This document shows positions 15,036 to 28,283 of a DNA stretch of 64,000 nucleotides, piece by piece. The notes beneath the pieces were generated by a model that saw nothing but the letters and a program-made list of their open reading frames with translations, was not told where the DNA came from and did no database searches. Within the stretch, counting starts at the first letter, position 1, and the number at the start of each line of letters is the position of its first letter. Made by a program: the position numbers and the translations under genes. Source of the stretch: Dendrobates tinctorius. Lineage: Eukaryota. The stretch spans positions 558,001 to 622,000 of the forward strand of contig NW_027361753.1 of assembly GCF_039654945.1 (NCBI RefSeq), read 5' to 3'.

Positions 15036-17890
15036 AATTAGGATGGGATGGCGTCATCCCTCTGGTGTTCCTCCTGGCAATGTATGAATAAACGGACACT
15101 ACAGTATATAACCGGTCCTTTCCAAGGTCCTTGCCTTGTCCAATCGGTGATGATGTAGGAAAACGCCACTTTTGACAAGAAGTTTTACAAGCCATTTATT
15201 CATAGGTTTGCAGGAGGAGATAACTTGGAAAGACACAATGGAGATTTCTCTAGAATTATTTCATGATGTGGGGGGGGGGGGGTTACAATTATTTACTAAA
15301 CCAGATTTGTCAGGAGGGGAGGACAGATTCTCTTTTAAGTGATGAAATATAAGGAAAGCTTTTTAAAAAAAAAAAAAAGTTTTGTAAAACTTTTCTAAAA
15401 CTCTGGCAATTGTTCTTCTGCGGTAGAGGAGGTCAGTCCAAAGGGTTAAAATCACTCGGCATCTCATACGAATACTGTAAATACAATGTGGATGGGTTTT
15501 GGCTTCCTAATAGATCCCACCCTTCCTCCAAGGCATTTTGCTCTTAAGAGGCTCAACTTCAACCTAGAAAAAAAAATACACTATAATTTGCATGGCTGAT
15601 GAGACTCCTAGTCCTGGGACATGGGCAGACACCGACAAAAAAAAAAATCGGCTGGTTCCTTTGTTACCCTGGAGTTGGGCAGACTTTTTTTTTTTGTCTC
15701 CTGCCTTGTCTGAGAGGCGGAAAGAACTGTTTTGTTTAGTCTCGGGTTGTCTCCTAATGAATATTGACTACTGAGCCAACCTCGGTGACCCTATGGGTTC
15801 ACTTGGAGCTCTCATGCCTCTCGCTTGATTAAAAAAAAAGAAAAGCAAAAGTCTTGGTCCTACCAGATGGCGGCGCTGTGGAGTATTACTTAACCCCTTA
15901 CCTCCTGTGAAAACCTCCCCCCCCAAAAAAAACAAAAAAAAAAAACAAATATACAAGCATAAATTCTAACCATGTGCTCCCTGAAGAAGGCAATTTCTTT
16001 TTTCTTTCCAGAGGCCAATCACAGGGAAGTCATTGTTCCCAATCGCAGTGACTAGACACCCAGTCAGCACCGCCTGTCCCTTAAAACGGAACTGAGTAGA
16101 CATATTTATAGTGTACCTTGGCTTGGAACCATTAAATAAAAAAAAAAAAAAAAAAGTTTGGCAATTACCTGCAAAAAAAAAAAAAAAAAAATTGTCCTTA
16201 GAACTCGTTGTCATTGAGGAAGCTGGTAAAAAAAAATTCATTCATAAAGTGGGCCCTCTGTTCCTATCACTGGCCCCGTTCATTGCCAGCCCAGGGGTAG
16301 CTCGTTTTCTACGCGCTGCCAATTAAATAAGCCTTTGTATGTGGCAATGAGCGGCTTGTTATGTGGTATTCACTAATGCATACACAAACACACACAGACT
16401 AGTCTAGCTCTATCCCCCTAGCACCGCCGCCGCTACACCTCCTCCTTTCCTGGAAGGCCTCCTTTCATGTTGGGGAGTAGAGAAAGGATGTGAAAATAAG
16501 TTTAAAAAAAAAAAAAAAAAAAAAGTTTAAAATTAAAAATGAAGAAAAAAGTTAACTTTTCTTTTGGTGGACGTTCTAAAAAAAAAAAAAAGTTAGAAAG
16601 TTCTCAAACTCTGTATTATAAGTTCTAGTAGTAAATGATCACATGGACTAATATCTTTATTGGGTGTTGCCTTTCTGGATTTTTTTTTTTTTTTTTTATG
16701 GTGGGGGGGAGGGGGCTGGCCAAAGAGATCTTCTCATGGTCCTGTTTATGGCCTCCTCTTGTCAAATGCGAATGGATGGTTGCAGTATAAATTAGTCAAG
16801 ACGGTAGGGGGCGTCTGCTGCCCCTGCTGAAAAAGTGACCACAGGTCAGCTGAGCTAGCAGACAATAGTATTAAGTGTACAGGTGTTTTTTTTTTTTAAA
16901 TTTAAGATGGACCTAAAGGGGGGGGGCATAGGATTAAAACTTTTAAGACCACCTTCAGTATTCGTTCCACTCCTGATGTAAAATACTTTCACAATCAGAG
17001 GAAAAGTAGAATAGAAACACGCATTTATCACCCACTCCTGGTTTTGGCTTACAAATACTGATGTAAAATACTGGACATGTGAATGTAGCCTTAGTGTGTG
17101 ATATTTGTTTGTTGGGGGGGATTTTTTATTTTTTTTTTACTTCCAGAAACCTTAAAAAGGGGGCACCAATAACTTGTCTTTTAACTTTAAGGCCAGGAAA
17201 AGGTTAATACGAGAGTAGGTTACACTCGCCAAGCCTGCAATTTATTTTGGCTAGGCAATTACAATAATCTGAAAACTCCTCTCTTTACTGACGTCTGTCT
17301 GAAAATTGCAGGGTGTACTGGCAGGGCCCTTGAGATGAAAGGGAGAAAAAAAATGCAGTCTTAAGGATTTTCTTTCACGCAACAGGCTGGCTACAGCCCT
17401 TCCATTTACAGATATTTCCTGCCCTTTTTTTTTTTTTTTTTTTTTTTTCCTTACTATTCATTTTCATTAAGTTTACAAACAGCGTTTTTGTTTGTTGTTT
17501 TTTCTATACCGTATATACTTTGGAATCTTTGTATATTTTTAGTCCCCTACACTCCACAATAAGGGTTAAGTAACTTACTCGCTCCCCCTCCGCCTCCTTT
17601 TTTTTTTTTTTTCCCTCTAGCCCCTTCACGCACACAAAAAAAGGAAAACTTGTGAACTTTTTAAACTTTCAGCTCTTGATTCTGCTTAGTGTTTCTTTGT
17701 TATTCTACTACGTGTGTTGTTTTTTTGTTAATTTGTGTTCTGATCACTTATAACTTTTTTTTTTTTTTTTTTGCTTTTCATAACTTTTCTTCTTTTCCTG
17801 GCTTTCTGTAAGAAAGCACTGTAGTTTCAAAAGGTTAGGTGAAAGGTAATTTGATAGGTTTCCTAGCCCTCTCCCTACATCCCTCCCACT

Positions 17891-17924
<34 letters not shown>

Positions 17925-18780
17925 CTTTGCTTCTGCCTTTTTTGGTGCCAGGTTTCAATTGGATAGAGATATTTGAAGAAAGTATTGTGAGGCACAATGA
18001 AGGGGGCGATACAGAGGCCGCGGCTGCGTACACACACCTAAGCTTGTCTGAATTCCTTCTGCTTATTTGATATGGAATTTTTCTAAACCTCCATCCCCTA
18101 TTCAGCTCTCTCCTCCCCCGCCTCAATATCATCAGTGCTGTGTGCAAGAATTCTTAAAGAAAGAAGGGAAAAAAGATGCCAATTTGCCTTTAGTCCATTT
18201 TTTATTTTTGTTTTTTAAGTAGATTTTTTTTAGGGCTATTTCAACTCCTTTTTATTCTTTTGTTTTCTTACATATTTATTGTCCTTTTTGCTACTGTGGT
18301 TTTTCTTTTGTTTGGCTCTGAATAGAGCTAAGCAAACTCCTTTCCAAGCAGAGATGCATGGAGGTTGTATTTCTAAGTACAAAAAAAAAATACAATTAAT
18401 ACTTCATTGCTCAACTTCCAGTCCCCACCCCGAGCACCGAAAACCATGACTCTAATTAGCTGTGCTTTTTTTTTAAAAAAAAAAAATAATAATAATTAAT
18501 TAAAGCACAATATTATTTTTTTTTCCCCTACCCTTCTGCTGATATATTGTTTAAATGTAATAACAAAAATTCTAATAATGTTTTATTTTAATGCCTATAG
18601 TATGTATCACTGCAGCCTCCAGGTGTCATTGTGATTATTATTTTTTTTTTATATCCTATTTTATAATGTAATATATTTTTATTTAATATTTTGTGTACAT
18701 TACTATATTTATAATGTATATTTATATTTTATTATTATTATATCTATTTTTCTAATACATTTTTTTTTTTTTATTCACAG

Positions 18781-19319
18781 ATTCCCAACTTCTCCAGGAG
18801 TCTGGGGACCTGTCCCATTGGTGCGTGGTTGCATACTGGGAAGAAAAGACACGGGTGGGTCGATTATATTCTGTCCAAGAACCTTCCCTGGATATCTTTT
18901 ATGACCTACCTCAAGGGAATGGCTTCTGCATTGGACAACTAAACTCGGACAACAAAAGTCAGCTGGTGCAAAAAGTACGCAGCAAGATTGGGTATGGGAT
19001 CCAGCTGACCAAGGAGGTGGATGGCGTTTGGGTTTATAATCGCAGCAGTTATCCGATCTTCATCAAGTCGGCCACACTGGACAACCCTGACTCTAGGACG
19101 TTGCTGGTCCATAAAGTGTTCCCCGGATTCTCCATCAAAGCTTTTGACTATGAGAAAGCTTACAGTTTGCAAAGGCCTAATGACCACGAGTTCATGCAAC
19201 AGCCGTGGACTGGATTTACTGTACAGATAAGCTTCGTGAAAGGCTGGGGACAGTGCTACACGAGACAGTTCATCAGCAGCTGCCCCTGCTGGTTGGAGGT
19301 GATATTTAATAACCGATGA
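18781..19319 (+). CDS. SMAD7: SMAD7 terminal coding exon (MH2 domain); upstream exons lie outside the window
   Basis: Polypyrimidine tract plus ttattcacAG acceptor ending at 18780. The phase-1 exon reads (D)SQLLQESGDLSHWCVVAYWEEKTRVGRLYSVQEPSLDIFYDLPQGNGF...SFVKGWGQCYTRQFISSCPCWLEVIFNNR*, essentially the vertebrate SMAD7 C-terminus. It lacks the SSXS tail, as expected for an inhibitory Smad. Confidence 0.97.
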
Positions 19320-19355
19320 CTTGGAACCAGTGGACTTTAGGACTCTCAGACTACA

Positions 19356-19363
19356 TGCTGCTA
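19356..19363 (+). promoter_or_regulatory. miR-15/16/195/497 8mer seed site (TGCTGCTA) in the SMAD7 3'UTR
   Basis: Exact 8mer inside a UTR block conserved with mammalian SMAD7, a known target of this miRNA family. Confidence 0.7.
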
Positions 19364-20823
19364 ATATTTCCTTCCGAGTGCTTGCTTCTTTGTGCAAAAT
19401 GTTTGTTTTTCACGTTTGTTTTTTATTTGTTTTGAGAAATAGCTTATGTCAAGATTTTTTTTTTTTTTTTTTTTTCGGTTTGGGGGGGTCCTACATTTTT
19501 CTTTTCTTTTACATGTGTGAATGAGAGTAAGAGGGGCAGGAGTGTGATGGATGGGAACTCCTCCATAGAAAAATATTTTATTAATGCAAGGGGGGAGTAT
19601 TCAGTATTTATTTTTTATGTAACGTTGACCCCCCCCCCCCACCTCACCATTTTTCTCCTTCCTGATGTCAGGGTACGGAATGTTGAATAGTCGTAATGTT
19701 ACCATCAGTTAAGGATTCTCTAGACATCTTGGAGGACATACCAGAACAGAACCTGATGACACCTGGAGAACCACCGCTTTGTCCTACGTCGACTTTTTGG
19801 ATGATCTCAAGAAGTTCTTGGGATGGTCCCAACCTCCAAACTGTGCTTGGACTTCCTAACTCAAGCTCTTGGTGGCTTCTACTGGGGTAACCCCTAGATT
19901 AGCTTTCTTTTGGCCAAATTATGGAGCCAGGGAACAATGTTAACCTTGAAGGAGCTGCCTTGGGCTTGAGTTGGAGGGTTTTCTTGTAGGAGGGCCCTTC
20001 ACGATGTGAGATGGTTATCTTTGGTTGCCGATTCCAGATGGTCAGTGTGAAGAGTCCGGTATGTGCTGCAGTCTGAGGTGAAGTGACTATGCTTTAATTT
20101 GATAAAGACCAAACCAAAAAAAAACTGCCAACCTCCCGGCAAACCCTCCCCCGCGTATGACGTCATCAACATTTTTTTTTTTTTTTTTTTGTTCTTTTCC
20201 GGCAGTGCATTAGGTTTGTTGTTTTAAATAAGCCGATGCAGGATAAAAGCTGCCGCTCTTTCTCCTAAAGCCATGGTCATATTTATCACCTTCACTTTTC
20301 TCATATATATGTATATCTAAAACCGGTTCTATACATATAGAAGTTTTTTGGGTTTTTTTTCCAATCCTTTCAGCCGTTCTGAGAGGCTCTCGATGGTCAA
20401 TGATTTAATTTATGATTTAGGGTATAAGAAGTGAGTAGTTTGTGCGGCAGAGTGGTGCGAAACAAACATTAAAAGGGGGCTGTCCAAGAATTGGAAAATC
20501 GTGCCTGATTCGGAGTCTTCATTGCTGAGTTTTTGGAGCAGAAATTGGGAATGTGCACATGATGTCTTTTACACTCAGGACAAGTTGACGTTCCTGGAAA
20601 TTCTGGAGTTTTTTCTTTTTCTCGATGCTTCTTTTGTGTCGTTTTATTTCGGTCATCTCCTGATCGTTTTATGGACTTTTTTTTTTTTTTCGTGCCAGCA
20701 TTTTGTTTGGGGAATGATTTTCCCATGGTTTTTTGTGAAGTATTTTTACTGTTGCTTTTAATTATTTATTTTTTTTACTATTTTTTCACTCCATGGAATA
20801 ACAAAAGATGCTACTAGCGTTTT

Positions 20824-21348
20824 TTAAAGGGAATCTGTCACCCTTTTTTGCCTTGCAGCTGCCGGCATAGACATCGGGGGCTTATCTACAGCATTCTGTA
20901 ATGCTGTAGATAAGCCCCTGATGTAACCTGAAAGAGAAGAAAAACAAGTTAGATCAGGGTTCCCCAACTCCGGTCCTCAAGGCCCACCAACAGGTCATGT
21001 TTTCCGGATTTCCCTTGTGTTGTACAGGTGATACAATTATCACCTGGGCAATACTAAGGAAATCCTGAAAACATGACCTGTTGGTGGGCCTTGAGGACCG
21101 GAGTTGGGGAACCCTGCGTTAGATTATACTCACCAGGGGGCGGTCTGGTCCGATGGGTGTCGCCGTCCCGTCCGGTGCCTCCCTTCTTCATGCGATGACA
21201 TCATCTTCTCCCGTCCTGAAATGTGTTTTTCTTCTCTTTCTGGTTACATCGGAGGCTTATCTGCAGCATTACAGAATGCTGTAGATAAGCCCCCGATGTC
21301 TATGCCGGCAGCTGCAAGGCCAAAAAAAAGGTGACAGATTCCCTTTAA
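20824..21348. mobile_element. T2/Kolobok-type MITE in the SMAD7 3'UTR
   Basis: TTAA at both ends; ~95-bp near-perfect TIRs AGGGAATCTGTCACC...TGCAGCTGCCGGCATAGACATCGGGGGCTTATCTACAGCATTCTGTAATGC. Confidence 0.9.
20955..21116. mobile_element. hAT-type palindromic MITE nested in the T2-MITE
   Basis: CAGGGTTCCCCAACTCCGGTCCTCAAGG... with ~50-bp TIRs; 8-bp TSD AGTTAGAT (20947-54) / CGTTAGAT (21117-24). Confidence 0.9.
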
Positions 21349-22392
21349 GAAAAAAAAAATTTGACTTGTATTGTTACGAGCGGAAAACTCCAGAAGAATG
21401 ATCATGTTTCGCCCTTCTATCTTTCACCGCCCCAAGGTTTCAGCATCCTGAAGTGGTTAAAAGTAGTATCAAAAGCCTCAACATGGGTACAGTAAATGTC
21501 ATTTTTTCCATGGACACTCTTTTGGTCACTCTTCTAACCGGTTTTCTGCTTTGGAAACCACCTGAAAAAGCGTCATGTGGAACCTCTCCCAATTCCTTCT
21601 TAAAAACTCAGCAAAAAGTGTGAATAGACCTTTTACCGTACTAGACCTTTATGCTTAAGTTGTCTGCGGTATTACTGCTCAGCCAGATTTGCAATACCAT
21701 ACACAACCTGTGGGGCAAGGGTGGCGCCTTGCTACAAACGGCATCTTTTTTTAACAACCCCTTTTTAATAACCATAAAGGCCCATTTACACGCAGCAATT
21801 TTGAGATTAATGGTTCCCTTCCAAAATAAATATATATATATATCTGGAAAAAGTTTGACACCTTCTTTACTTTTGGGTGGCTTCTTCTTGGAGTTTTTGC
21901 ACAGCCAATTTTTAAACAAAAGCTTTGGCAAAATGGCACTATATTGTGGAGGGAAAATTATCTCTATAATACAGTGTTCAATGTAGAGCATTACGGAAGA
22001 TATCAGACCTATGGGGGTGCAGCGTGACCCACAGGTGACATATTGCCATATTATGGCCATGTGCATGAGTTTTTATCGATATTCCCTATATGTCAATGGG
22101 CCTTTAGTTACCGGCTATAAGAAATTGCCATGTCTGCGTATGGTAATGGCGCCCCTAGTGAGCGCGCGCCTATCCGCTGGGCACTATGCTCGCCGCACAG
22201 TCTATCCTCCACTTGTTTTTGACACATAGGTTAGGAATTCTGCAGAATAGGTTTCTGTATCGTACAGTATTTTCTATTTTCCTCCTTCTAAGGTACAAGT
22301 TATGCACAGAGGACGTTCATTTCTTCTATGTGTCGTACGTGACGTATGATGCGTTGTCATTAGTTATGGCTCAATGAGCACGATTAATTAAC

Positions 22393-22400
22393 ATAAGCTA
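22393..22400 (+). promoter_or_regulatory. miR-21 8mer seed site (ATAAGCTA) in the SMAD7 3'UTR
   Basis: Exact 8mer in the conserved context ACATAAGCTATTTTTCTAA; miR-21 regulation of SMAD7 is established in mammals. Confidence 0.75.
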
Positions 22401-22637
22401 TTTTTCTAAAAACCCGAAGTTTAGATGAACAAGAGTAGGCACTCTGGATCTGTAAAGCAGTGTAGTGCTTTGGAAAAAAAAAAAAAAAAAAACAGGAAAA
22501 AAAAAATGGGACTCCTTTTAAGAAAAAAACGGAAAAAATCCTGAGATTTATTAAAGAAAATGTATTTTATGTTATATATAAATATATTATTACTTGTAAA
22601 TAGAAAGACGTTTTATAAGCATCATTATTTATGTATT

Positions 22638-22679
22638 GTGCAATGTGTATAAACGAGAAAAATTAAAAAGATGCACTTT
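22638..22679 (+). promoter_or_regulatory. miR-25/92 (GTGCAAT, 22638-22644) and miR-17/20/106 (GCACTTT, 22673-22679) 7mer-m8 seed sites
   Basis: Exact seed complements inside the conserved distal UTR block. Confidence 0.55.
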
Positions 22680-22978
22680 GCTTAATATAAATGCAAATAA
22701 CAAATGCCAAATTAAAAAAAAAAACAATCATTCTTGACTTTTGTCTCTTTTTAAAAAAAAAAAAAAAAATTTATTAAAAGGTGTGATATTGTCGTTTGAG
22801 CGAGGCTGAGCCACTCGTATGGTTGGCACTGTGCCTGGATGAAAAAAAAAAAAAAAAAGTGCACTGCAGCCTTTTTGTTGTACGGGATCAACCTTTAGAG
22901 ATCATGTTATGATGGCTTAGTCTAAGGGAAAGAGTTTGAAAAAGCAGAATGGTTTCCATCCCCTTTAAGATATGGTTA

Positions 22979-23400
22979 TTAAAGGGCTTTCTACTCAGTC
23001 CACTCCACACTAATTTTGAAAAATATACCATCAAAATGCCGAGGTCCCCATTTATTAAGTATGTAATGTTCTAGTTAGTGGAAAACCCCTTTAAAGAGTG
23101 TCACTTGCCCTAAATATGTCTGTTTTTTTTTGTTTGTTTGTTTTTTTTTACCCGGTATAAATGCCACCGTTCTCCTGAATCCGGCGATGCTTTTCTTATG
23201 TTTCTGCACCTCTCCGTTCCTGAGATATGGCCCCCTCTTCCCTTTATAGAAATCTAGTCTTGTTAGCTAAGCAGGGGTGGTCCTCCACTTTTGAAGACCA
23301 TGCCCACTTGTCTAATAAAGAACTAGATGGACACATAGGGGGAAAAAGGCCATATCTTGAGAATGGAGAGGCGGAGGATGTGATGGGTCCTTTTTTTAAG
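22979..23400. mobile_element. Two adjacent T2-type MITEs sharing a TTAA (22979-23094 and 23091-~23400)
   Basis: TTAAAGGG...CCCCTTTAA, then TTAAAGAG... with an internal palindrome (CCTCTCCGTTCCTGAGATATGGCC / GGCCATATCTTGAGAATGGAGAGG). Confidence 0.55.
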
Positions 23401-24938
23401 GCATTTTCATGAGCCAAATGCCATGTGAGTATACCGTAGTGGCCAAATCATACGAAATTCTCCTTTTAGGGAGAAATTTGGGTGGAGTTACCCTTTAACT
23501 TTTACAGATTCGTTTCTATTACGTGGTTCTAGTAGCCGGACTGTCCCAGTTAGGAAATGGAATAGATGTTACTATCCTTTGACCAGTAAAAAATTTAATG
23601 AGATTGTCTGGATTAGAAATCTCATTTTATACACCCTATTAGGGACTTCTATGTAGGTTGTTTTTTTTTTTGGACAGGATTCCCATCTCCTGAGTGGAGA
23701 GTGTTTGGAGAGTGTCTCGCACTCTGGAGGACTGTTCTGTGTTACACAAACCATTGATTTGCCTAGACATTGTGTAATGCTACATTTATCCTCTGGGTGT
23801 GCTGCAGGGAAACCGAAAACGTACTGCCTGATTTTTCCACGCACCCGATCGATGGTGGTCCAAGCACGGGGACACATAGGTAGCTCGTCAAGGGACCCTT
23901 CGAACAATTAGGGAGTTAAAAGGTAGAGAACTCCTTTACGTAGGTGGCACTGATAAACCAAAGGTAACATAACATGATGGGGGCTTGTGTATAACATTGC
24001 CATTGGGGGGAAAAAAAAAAAAAAAATTACCCAGACAATGGGGAACCACCAGTGGACGCAGACCATGCAGCAGCTAGCGGCCTCATGAGTTGAGCGACCT
24101 TGCCTGGTCCTGACTACCCATAACTTCTATGTACATCTCTGGCTGTAGAGCTGCACTAGGTGTACAGCAGCCAGAAATATGATGCGTAATGTAGATTTCG
24201 GGTCTTTCGATCATTTCTATCAATATACTGGAGAGGTCGGTTAGCTCTGATTAACCAGTTTCCCCACACCTCCCCGATCCTGCTATTCTCTGCCACTCAC
24301 AGCAAAGGGGCAAAAGAACTGCAGCTTCGTATCCCTCCTGCCCCTTCCTTCCTCTCCTCCTTATTCTATATTGCGACGTTGCTAAAGACCTGCTTTTTAT
24401 TGACCTGAGAGGGTTGTTTCATTGAGCTTTTTTTAAAAAAAAGTTTAATATTTGCAGACATTGCTGAGGCAATGAAGATGCCATTACGCCATCATGTTAC
24501 TCTATAAAGCTTCAAGGAGATGTGGGAGTTGCCTGTAATCCATAGAAAAATGACGTTCTTCCCACTGGTGATTGTGATGCGGTGCAGCTCTAACTTATAA
24601 AAAAAAAAAAAAAGTTTGCTTTAATCCCCGTAACCCTCATGCACTCAGGGTGTCACTAAACAATTTTTTAATGTGACATGTTGCCATGACGCCGCCGCGC
24701 TGAGACACAATAGAAACCCTCGCGTTCCATTCTTAGAATTCTGAGACGGAATCTGTAAAAAGATCACAATCTGAGATAAAAAAAGGACGTTTAGAAAATC
24801 ACGTCGATACTCTGTAGTGTAGGTGGAGGGTTCACAGCCGGGAGTTCTGCTGGGAAATACTTATGGAATTTTTTTTTTTAGATTCTTAATTTATTTTTTG
24901 CAATTACATATGTTTTAGAAACATTTTCTGCTCTTCAT

Positions 24939-25545
24939 TTAAAGGGGTATTCCCATCTCCCGAGATTCTATCCCAATATGTAGTAGGTGTACTACTAATA
25001 ATAATAAATTAATATTTGCAAATAAATCCAAATAGAAATGTAGTATAGTTCTTCTGATTTGCTTTGTCGCTTACCCCATGTAAGGGGGCTTTGCAGTAGC
25101 TTACGTATCCAAGGTTACAACCACAAACAACTAACTGCCACTATATGAATGGTCGGAACTAGAGTTGAGCGACTTTGGTCGGATCGGGTTTCGTGAAACC
25201 CGAATGAAACAAAATAAGTTTCAGATGAAACTCGTCCGACTAGAGCAAAACAAAGTCGGAGTTTCGTCCGAAACCCGACCCCAATGCAAGTCAATGGGAA
25301 ATAAAAGTCGGACGAAACTCCGACTTTTTTGCTCTAGTCGGACGAGTTTCATCTGAAACTTATTTTGTTTCATTCGGGTTTCACGAAACCCGATCCGACC
25401 AAAGTCGCTCGACTCTAGTCGGAACCATGGATACCTATGCTAATGCAATGCCCTGCACATGGGGTTAGCGATATAGAAAATCAGAAAAACTATACATTTC
25501 TAATTGGAGAGATTTCCTAATATTATTATTACTACACCCCTTTAA
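24939..25545. mobile_element. T2/Kolobok-type MITE
   Basis: TTAAAGGGGT...ACCCCTTTAA termini with diverged inverted arms. Confidence 0.75.
25160..25417. mobile_element. hAT-type palindromic MITE nested in the T2-MITE
   Basis: TAGAGTTGAGCGAC...GTCGCTCGACTCTA with ~110-bp near-perfect TIRs; perfect 8-bp TSD GTCGGAAC (25152-59 / 25418-25). Confidence 0.93.
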
Positions 25546-26859
25546 ACTCCAAACTCAAGGTCTCTTAGAGGGAAAGTATGCTATGAACTTGCATCGACTT
25601 TTTTTCTGTTTTATCCAAGCTAATATCAGTAAAATATGGAGTTCTGACCTCTGGGACCCCTGCAAATCATGAAAATTAAGGATCTGAGGTCTCCTTGGCT
25701 TTTTCTCTGTGCAACGCCACTCTTGGCAACCTGCTATGCCCTACTAAGGGTTTGAAAAAAAATTATATAGTTGCTTTCTTCTAAAAATGGCAACCACATT
25801 CGCTTTAATGGAGCTGCAATACCAGATCAATCTTCTGGTGGCACTATTTCTGGAAAAAAAATACAGCCATATTTTTTTCTAATCCTGTACAAAAAGGAAA
25901 AATCGCCGTGTCCGGAAAGGTTTAACTAATGCTTATTAGTCTTTGAAGATAAATCTTATTTTTCAAACATTTTTTTTCATTTTCTTCAGGCCACTAGGGG
26001 GCAGCCTTTTCAGTTTGGTTTTCATTTGCATACAGAAGGTTGCCGATTCCTAGCTGCAGAGTCTCCGCCTTGTCCGCGCTGCAGACGTACAGACCTTGCT
26101 TCTACGCCTGATGTACTTTCTTTTTCTTTTAAAACTGTTGGATGATAATTTGCGCTGTAACGATGACAGTCCGCACTCCATATATCAGGCGACACGTAGC
26201 GGGACGGAGAAGAAGATGGTCGCGGAGTGGAATATTTACGCTGGCATGCTCTTTTCCTCGGAATATTTGAGGGTTGGCGTAATGCTCGACGCAAAGAATT
26301 ATGGCAGAAAAATGTGACCGGCGACCATGAGACCCTCAAACTGTATGTTCCGCTGCCGCCTAAATACACACTGCATCCTAAACGTGGCCCAGCTGGCACG
26401 TCTCCTGGATTCTGGCTGCTGTCTAGCGAGGGAAACATATTACATTGAATACTTGGATGTTAAAAAAAAAAAGAAAGATTTAGGCTGACGACAGACGCAA
26501 CTATCATGATGGGTGTTGTAGTTCTGGGCTTGGCTAGCGCTAACCCTACTCAGACAAGTGTTTGTCATCATCACCTAGGCTTTACTCTATGGGCAGCTCT
26601 GCTGGTTGGCACCTGGAATGACCAGTTCAAGGCAGGAGAAGACTTGGGAAGAAACTTTTCATAATATCTTTGGCCAAAATTAGATAAAAAGTTAATGAAA
26701 CCGGAATGTAGGATTCTTGGATGACACCATAAAAAACACCAGTATCTGAACCAGGTGGAAAAACTGCAACTGGAAAGGTGATACTTCAACCCATTTAGTT
26801 CCTGGCCGGTTTTTGGGTTTTTTTGTTTTTTTTTTGCACTTTCGTTTTTGTCGTCCCCC

Positions 26860-28283
26860 CCAATAGATCCTGCCACACACAGTATGATGCCCCCACAGTA
26901 GATCCTGCCACACACAACATGATACCACACAGTAGATCCTGCCACACAGAGTATGATGCCCCCACAGTAGATCCTGCCACACACAGTATGATACCCCCAC
27001 AGTAGATCCTGCTACACACAGTATGATGCCCCCACAGTAGATACTGCCACACACAAGATGATACCCCCACAGTAGATCCTGCTACACACAGTATGATGCC
27101 CCCACAGTAGATACTGCCACACACAAGATGATACCCCCACAGTAGATCCTGCCACACACAGTATTTTGCCCCCACAGTAGATCCTGCCACACACAGTATG
27201 ATGCCCCCACAGTAGACCCTGCCACACACAAGATGATACCCCCACAGTTGTTCCTGCCACACACAGTATAATGCCCCCAAAGTAGATCCTGCCACACACA
27301 GTATGATACCCCCACAGTAGATCCTGCCACACACAATATGATACCCCACAGTAGACCCTGTCACACACAGAGTATGATGCCCCCACAGTTGTTCCTGCCA
27401 CACACAGTATAATGCCCCCACAGTTGTTCCTGCCACACACAGTATAATGCCCCCACAGTAGATCCTGCCACACACAGTATAATGCCCCCACAGTAGATCC
27501 TGCCACACACAATATGATACCCCACAGTAGACCCTGTCACACACAGAGTATGATGCCCCCACAGTTGTTCCTGCCACACACAGTATAAAGCCCCCACAGT
27601 AGATCCTGCCACACACAGTATTTTGCCCCCACAGTAGACCCTGCCACACACAGTATGATACCCCCCCACAGTTGTTCCTGCCACACACAGTATAATGCCC
27701 CCACAGTAGATCCTGCCACACACAGTATGATACCCCCACAGTAGATCCTGCCACACACAATATGATACCCCACAGTAGACCCTGTCACACAGAGTATGAT
27801 GCCCCCACAGTTGTTCCTGCCACACACAGTATAATGCCCCCACAGTAGATCCTGCCACACACAGTATTTTGCCCCCACAGTAGACCCTGCCACACACAGT
27901 ATGATACCCCCCCACAGTTGTTCCTGCCACACACAGTATAATGCCCCCACAGTAGATCCTGCCACACACAATATGATACCCCACAGTAGACCCTGCCACA
28001 CACAGTATAATGCCCCCACAGTAGATCCTGCCACACACAGTATAATGCCCCCACAGTTGTTCCTGCCACACACAGTATAATGCCCCCACAGTAGATCCTG
28101 CCACACACAGTATTTTGCCCCCACAGTAGATCCTGCCACACACAATATGATACCCCACAGTAGACCCTGCCACACACAGTATAATGCCCCCACAGTAGAT
28201 CCTGCCACACACAGTATGATACCCCCACAGTAGACCCTGCCACACACAGGATGATGCCCCCACAGTTGTTCCTGCCACACACA
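26860..28283. repeat. Minisatellite, ~35-bp unit, ~40 copies with variant shuffling
   Basis: Unit CAGTAGATCCTGCCACACACAGTATGATGCCCCCA, with variants GTTGTTCC, AGACCC and ATTTTG. Confidence 0.95.

Larger units (their letters stand above)
19320..22790 (+). other. SMAD7: SMAD7 3'UTR (~3.4 kb); poly(A) region approximate
   Basis: Blocks resembling the mammalian SMAD7 3'UTR as I recall it: TGCTGCTAATATTT just after the stop, ACATAAGCTATTTTTCTAA at 22391, and the AT-rich block 22545-22720. ATTAAA hexamers at 22662, 22711 and 22773, the last followed by a GU-rich tract. Confidence 0.8.

Noticed and set aside
18045-18105. Slight resemblance to a SMAD7 internal exon (…ATGGAATTTTTCTAAACC…)
   Set aside because: No PPPY motif, an in-frame stop, and no proper acceptor or donor.
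18939-19397. 152-aa antisense ORF over the SMAD7 exon
   Set aside because: Shadow ORF of the coding strand with no recognisable domain.
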